Part shown: one piece after another, positions 44,107 through 45,862 of the stretch
How positions within the stretch are numbered: position 1 is the stretch's first letter
Layout: every line of letters starts with the position of its first letter
From: a virus
Taxonomy: Duplodnaviria > Caudoviricetes
IMG/VR virus record: IMGVR_UViG_3300049019_000034
Span: 1-45,862 of that record
Direction: 5' to 3' (one strand)
DNA length: 45,862 nt
Position numbers and translations under genes: made by a program
Notes under the pieces: generated by a model
What the model was told of the DNA's origin: nothing
The model's input: only the letters and a program-made list of their open reading frames with translations
The model's database searches: none

Positions 44107-44324
44107 CATCACCTATCCTCACCGACGCTGAGATCGCCGAGATCTGCGAACCGCTGGTTCAGGGACACGCGCAGATCCGCTACCTCCGCGAAGTCGTCCG
44201 CGTGCCGGTCGAGCGCAAGCCCAACGGACGGCCGCTGGTGCGGCGGGTGGACTGGGAACGGCGAAACGGGCAGGCGCAGAATGAAAGCCCGGCCGTCGGA
44301 CCGAGGTGGAGTCGCGCAGCATGA
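44103..44324 (+). CDS. Excisionase-like protein (DUF4224-like)
   Basis: LTDAEIAE..Q.RYL..V..KPNGRPLV.R pattern; ATGA-coupled to the integrase. Confidence 0.75.
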   Translation: MTSPILTDAEIAEICEPLVQGHAQIRYLREVVRVPVERKPNGRPLVRRVDWERRNGQAQNESPAVGPRWSRAA

Positions 44325-45361
44325 GATCCCGTGACCGCGAAAGCCAGAAGGGGCTGCTGCCCCGCATGGAGGCGCGCATCGGCAAGAAGGCCACCACCTA
44401 CCGATACCACGTCATCGGCGGCAAGCCGATCAACCTCGGCCAGGACCGCGACGCCGCCATCCGCAAGGTGCTGGACCTGAACGGCACCGCTCCCGACAGC
44501 GGCACGTTGGCCTGGGTCTGGGGCAAGTACAAGGAGAGCCGGCGCTACCTGCGCCTGGCCGAAGCCACCCGGGCCGACTACACGCAATGCTGGGGCGCCA
44601 TCGAGCCGGCACTGGGCGCCATGCAGATCGCTCGCATCACTGCGCCCATCGTCGCGCGCTACGTGCGCATCGAGAGGCAGGACGCGCCCGTCAGGGCCAA
44701 CCGGGAGAAGGCGCTACTGTCCAACCTCTTCGCCCACGGCATCGACCTGGGCGCGTGCGAGTCCAATCCCGCCAAGCAGGTGCGGCCGAACGAGGAAGAG
44801 CCGCGCACCGAGGCGCCGGCGCCGGCCGTGCTGCAGGCCTTCCTGGAGTGGGTGGCCTGCCAAACCCCGCAGCGCCGCATCATCGGCCTGGCCGCCGAGT
44901 ACGCCAGCCTGGCCGGCAACCGCAAGGCCGAGTTCCTGGACCTGTCATGGCCGCAGGTGGACGAGGCCGCGGGCGTGGTTCGGGTGAAGCGAGCAAAGCA
45001 GCGCGGCCGGAACCGCGGCGAGGTCATCGAGGAGATCACCATCACGCCGGCCCTGCGCGCATGCCTGGAAAAGCTCAAGGCTATCCGGCCGGCCCGGGAA
45101 TGCCTCTACGTCTTCCCGACGCGCGACAACAACGCTTACAGCGCCCGGGGCTTCAAGACACTATGGCAGCGCATCGTGCTGGCCGCCATCAAGGCAAACA
45201 TCATTGGCGCCGCCGACCGCTTCACCTTCCACGATCTGCGCGCGTTCTACGCCACCCAGCACAAGGCAGAGACCGGCCGGCTGCCGGACATGCACAAGAA
45301 CGCAGAGACCACCGCGCGGGTCTACGACCGGACCAAGATCGTGCGCCGCTCAGCCCGTTGA
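44321..45361 (+). CDS. int: Tyrosine integrase
   Basis: GNRKAE (Arg), FHDLR, H..TTARVY (Tyr) catalytic motifs; adjacent to att. Confidence 0.95.
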   Translation: MRSRDRESQKGLLPRMEARIGKKATTYRYHVIGGKPINLGQDRDAAIRKVLDLNGTAPDSGTLAWVWGKYKESRRYLRLAEATRADYTQCWGAIEPALGAMQIARITAPIVARYVRIERQDAPVRANREKALLSNLFAHGIDLGACESNPAKQVRPNEEEPRTEAPAPAVLQAFLEWVACQTPQRRIIGLAAEYASLAGNRKAEFLDLSWPQVDEAAGVVRVKRAKQRGRNRGEVIEEITITPALRACLEKLKAIRPARECLYVFPTRDNNAYSARGFKTLWQRIVLAAIKANIIGAADRFTFHDLRAFYATQHKAETGRLPDMHKNAETTARVYDRTKIVRRSAR

Positions 45362-45400
45362 ATTCCCAAAATGGGGTTTTGGAATTCCCAGAAACGACAA

Positions 45401-45421
45401 AGCCCGGTCGGAAACCGGGCT
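45401..45421. terminator. Hairpin between int and tRNA-His (phage-supplied terminator)
   Basis: AGCCCGGT-CGGAA-ACCGGGCT; followed by TTGT on the minus strand. Confidence 0.6.
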
Positions 45422-45433
45422 AAGTAGTTGATT
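45421..45433 (-). promoter_or_regulatory. IHF-binding site
   Basis: Minus strand AATCAACTACTTA is an exact match to WATCAANNNNTTR, next to the att core. Confidence 0.7.
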
Positions 45434-45435
45434 TT

Positions 45436-45484
45436 CTTGGGGTGGCTGATGGGACTCGAACCCACGACGACAGGAATCACAATC
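45436..45484. repeat. Prophage attachment site (right copy, within the intact tRNA)
   Basis: Exact 49-bp match to 79-127. Confidence 0.97.
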
Positions 45485-45514
45485 CTGGACTCTACCAACT
45501 GAGCTACAGCCACC
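45438..45514 (-). tRNA. tRNA-His (GTG), intact, with G-1 and encoded CCA
   Basis: GGTGGCTGTAGCTCAGTTGGTAGAGTCCAGGATTGTGATTCCTGTCGTCGTGGGTTCGAGTCCCATCAGCCACCCCA; anticodon arm CAGGA-TTGTGAT-TCCTG. Confidence 0.97.
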
Positions 45515-45541
45515 GCAGAGCCAAAGAGTATAGCCGAGAAA

Positions 45542-45862
45542 TCAGGGCGTGCTTGCGGCGGATGCCGGTGCATCGACCTTGATGCTGGCCTTGTACTGCG
45601 ACTTCAGCGCAGCCAGATAGGCCTGGCCTTCGGCACGGGCCCATGCGCTTGCATATTGCTGGGCGGCACGCTTGTCGTCGATGATGGCGGCATCGCGCGG
45701 CTGGAGTTGGTTGATGCGGGCGACGACAAAACTGCCGTCTTCGGCCGGCACGCCAACGACGGCGGGCAGCTTGGAAGCATCAGTGCCGAGCACGGCTTCG
45801 AGTTGGGCGCGTGTCAGGCCTTGAGGCTTGGCGCGCGACACCGTGACAGCTGCGCCCAGACC
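45542..45862 (-). CDS. Host gene C-terminus, probably PpiD/SurA-like peptidyl-prolyl isomerase (partial)
   Basis: C-terminal AEGQAYLAALKSQYKASI helix typical of PpiD-like proteins; truncated by the window edge. Confidence 0.6.
   Translation of the reverse strand, partial: GLGAAVTVSRAKPQGLTRAQLEAVLGTDASKLPAVVGVPAEDGSFVVARINQLQPRDAAIIDDKRAAQQYASAWARAEGQAYLAALKSQYKASIKVDAPASAASTP

Larger units (their letters stand above)
79..45484. mobile_element. Complete temperate prophage, BPP-1/BcepC6B-like podovirus, integrated in tRNA-His
   Basis: Bounded by 49-bp att repeats; contains integrase, repressor/cro, replication, packaging, head, short-tail and lysis modules in BPP-1-like synteny; no disrupted core gene seen. 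Confidence 0.95.

Overview
The window is almost entirely one apparently complete temperate prophage of about 45.4 kb (45,357 bp from att to att). It is integrated into the 3' half of a tRNA-His(GTG) gene, with a 49-bp direct repeat at 79-127 and 45436-45484. The host is GC-rich, probably a Burkholderiales-type betaproteobacterium (inference). Gene content and order match BPP-1/BcepC6B-like podoviruses. The minus-strand arm carries cro, primase-helicase, terminase, portal, capsid, tail tubular proteins, ejection proteins, a beta-helix tailspike and lysis genes. The plus-strand arm carries the repressor, Cas4-like nuclease, SSB, a mosaic accessory array, family A DNA polymerase, VRR-NUC, SNF2 helicase, excisionase and tyrosine integrase. 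No DGR or reverse transcriptase is visible. The most notable observations are: (1) a five-copy late-promoter motif GGTGCGGTTA(A/T)C-N15-(-10 hexamer), one copy hidden inside a gene; (2) a Gp49-family/crAss001_48-like fusion that probably acts as a dual immune-signal sponge; (3) an accessory array whose protein modules and gene junctions are flanked by shared short DNA linkers; (4) a 2495-aa ejection protein with an HExxH peptidase motif and an inserted ART-like module; (5) a repressor without an S24 autocleavage domain; (6) a shared DDFxDV acidic motif in three replication proteins; (7) an iteron-rich candidate origin and a hairpin-dense candidate ncRNA. All family assignments come from recognising motifs by eye, not from database searches.
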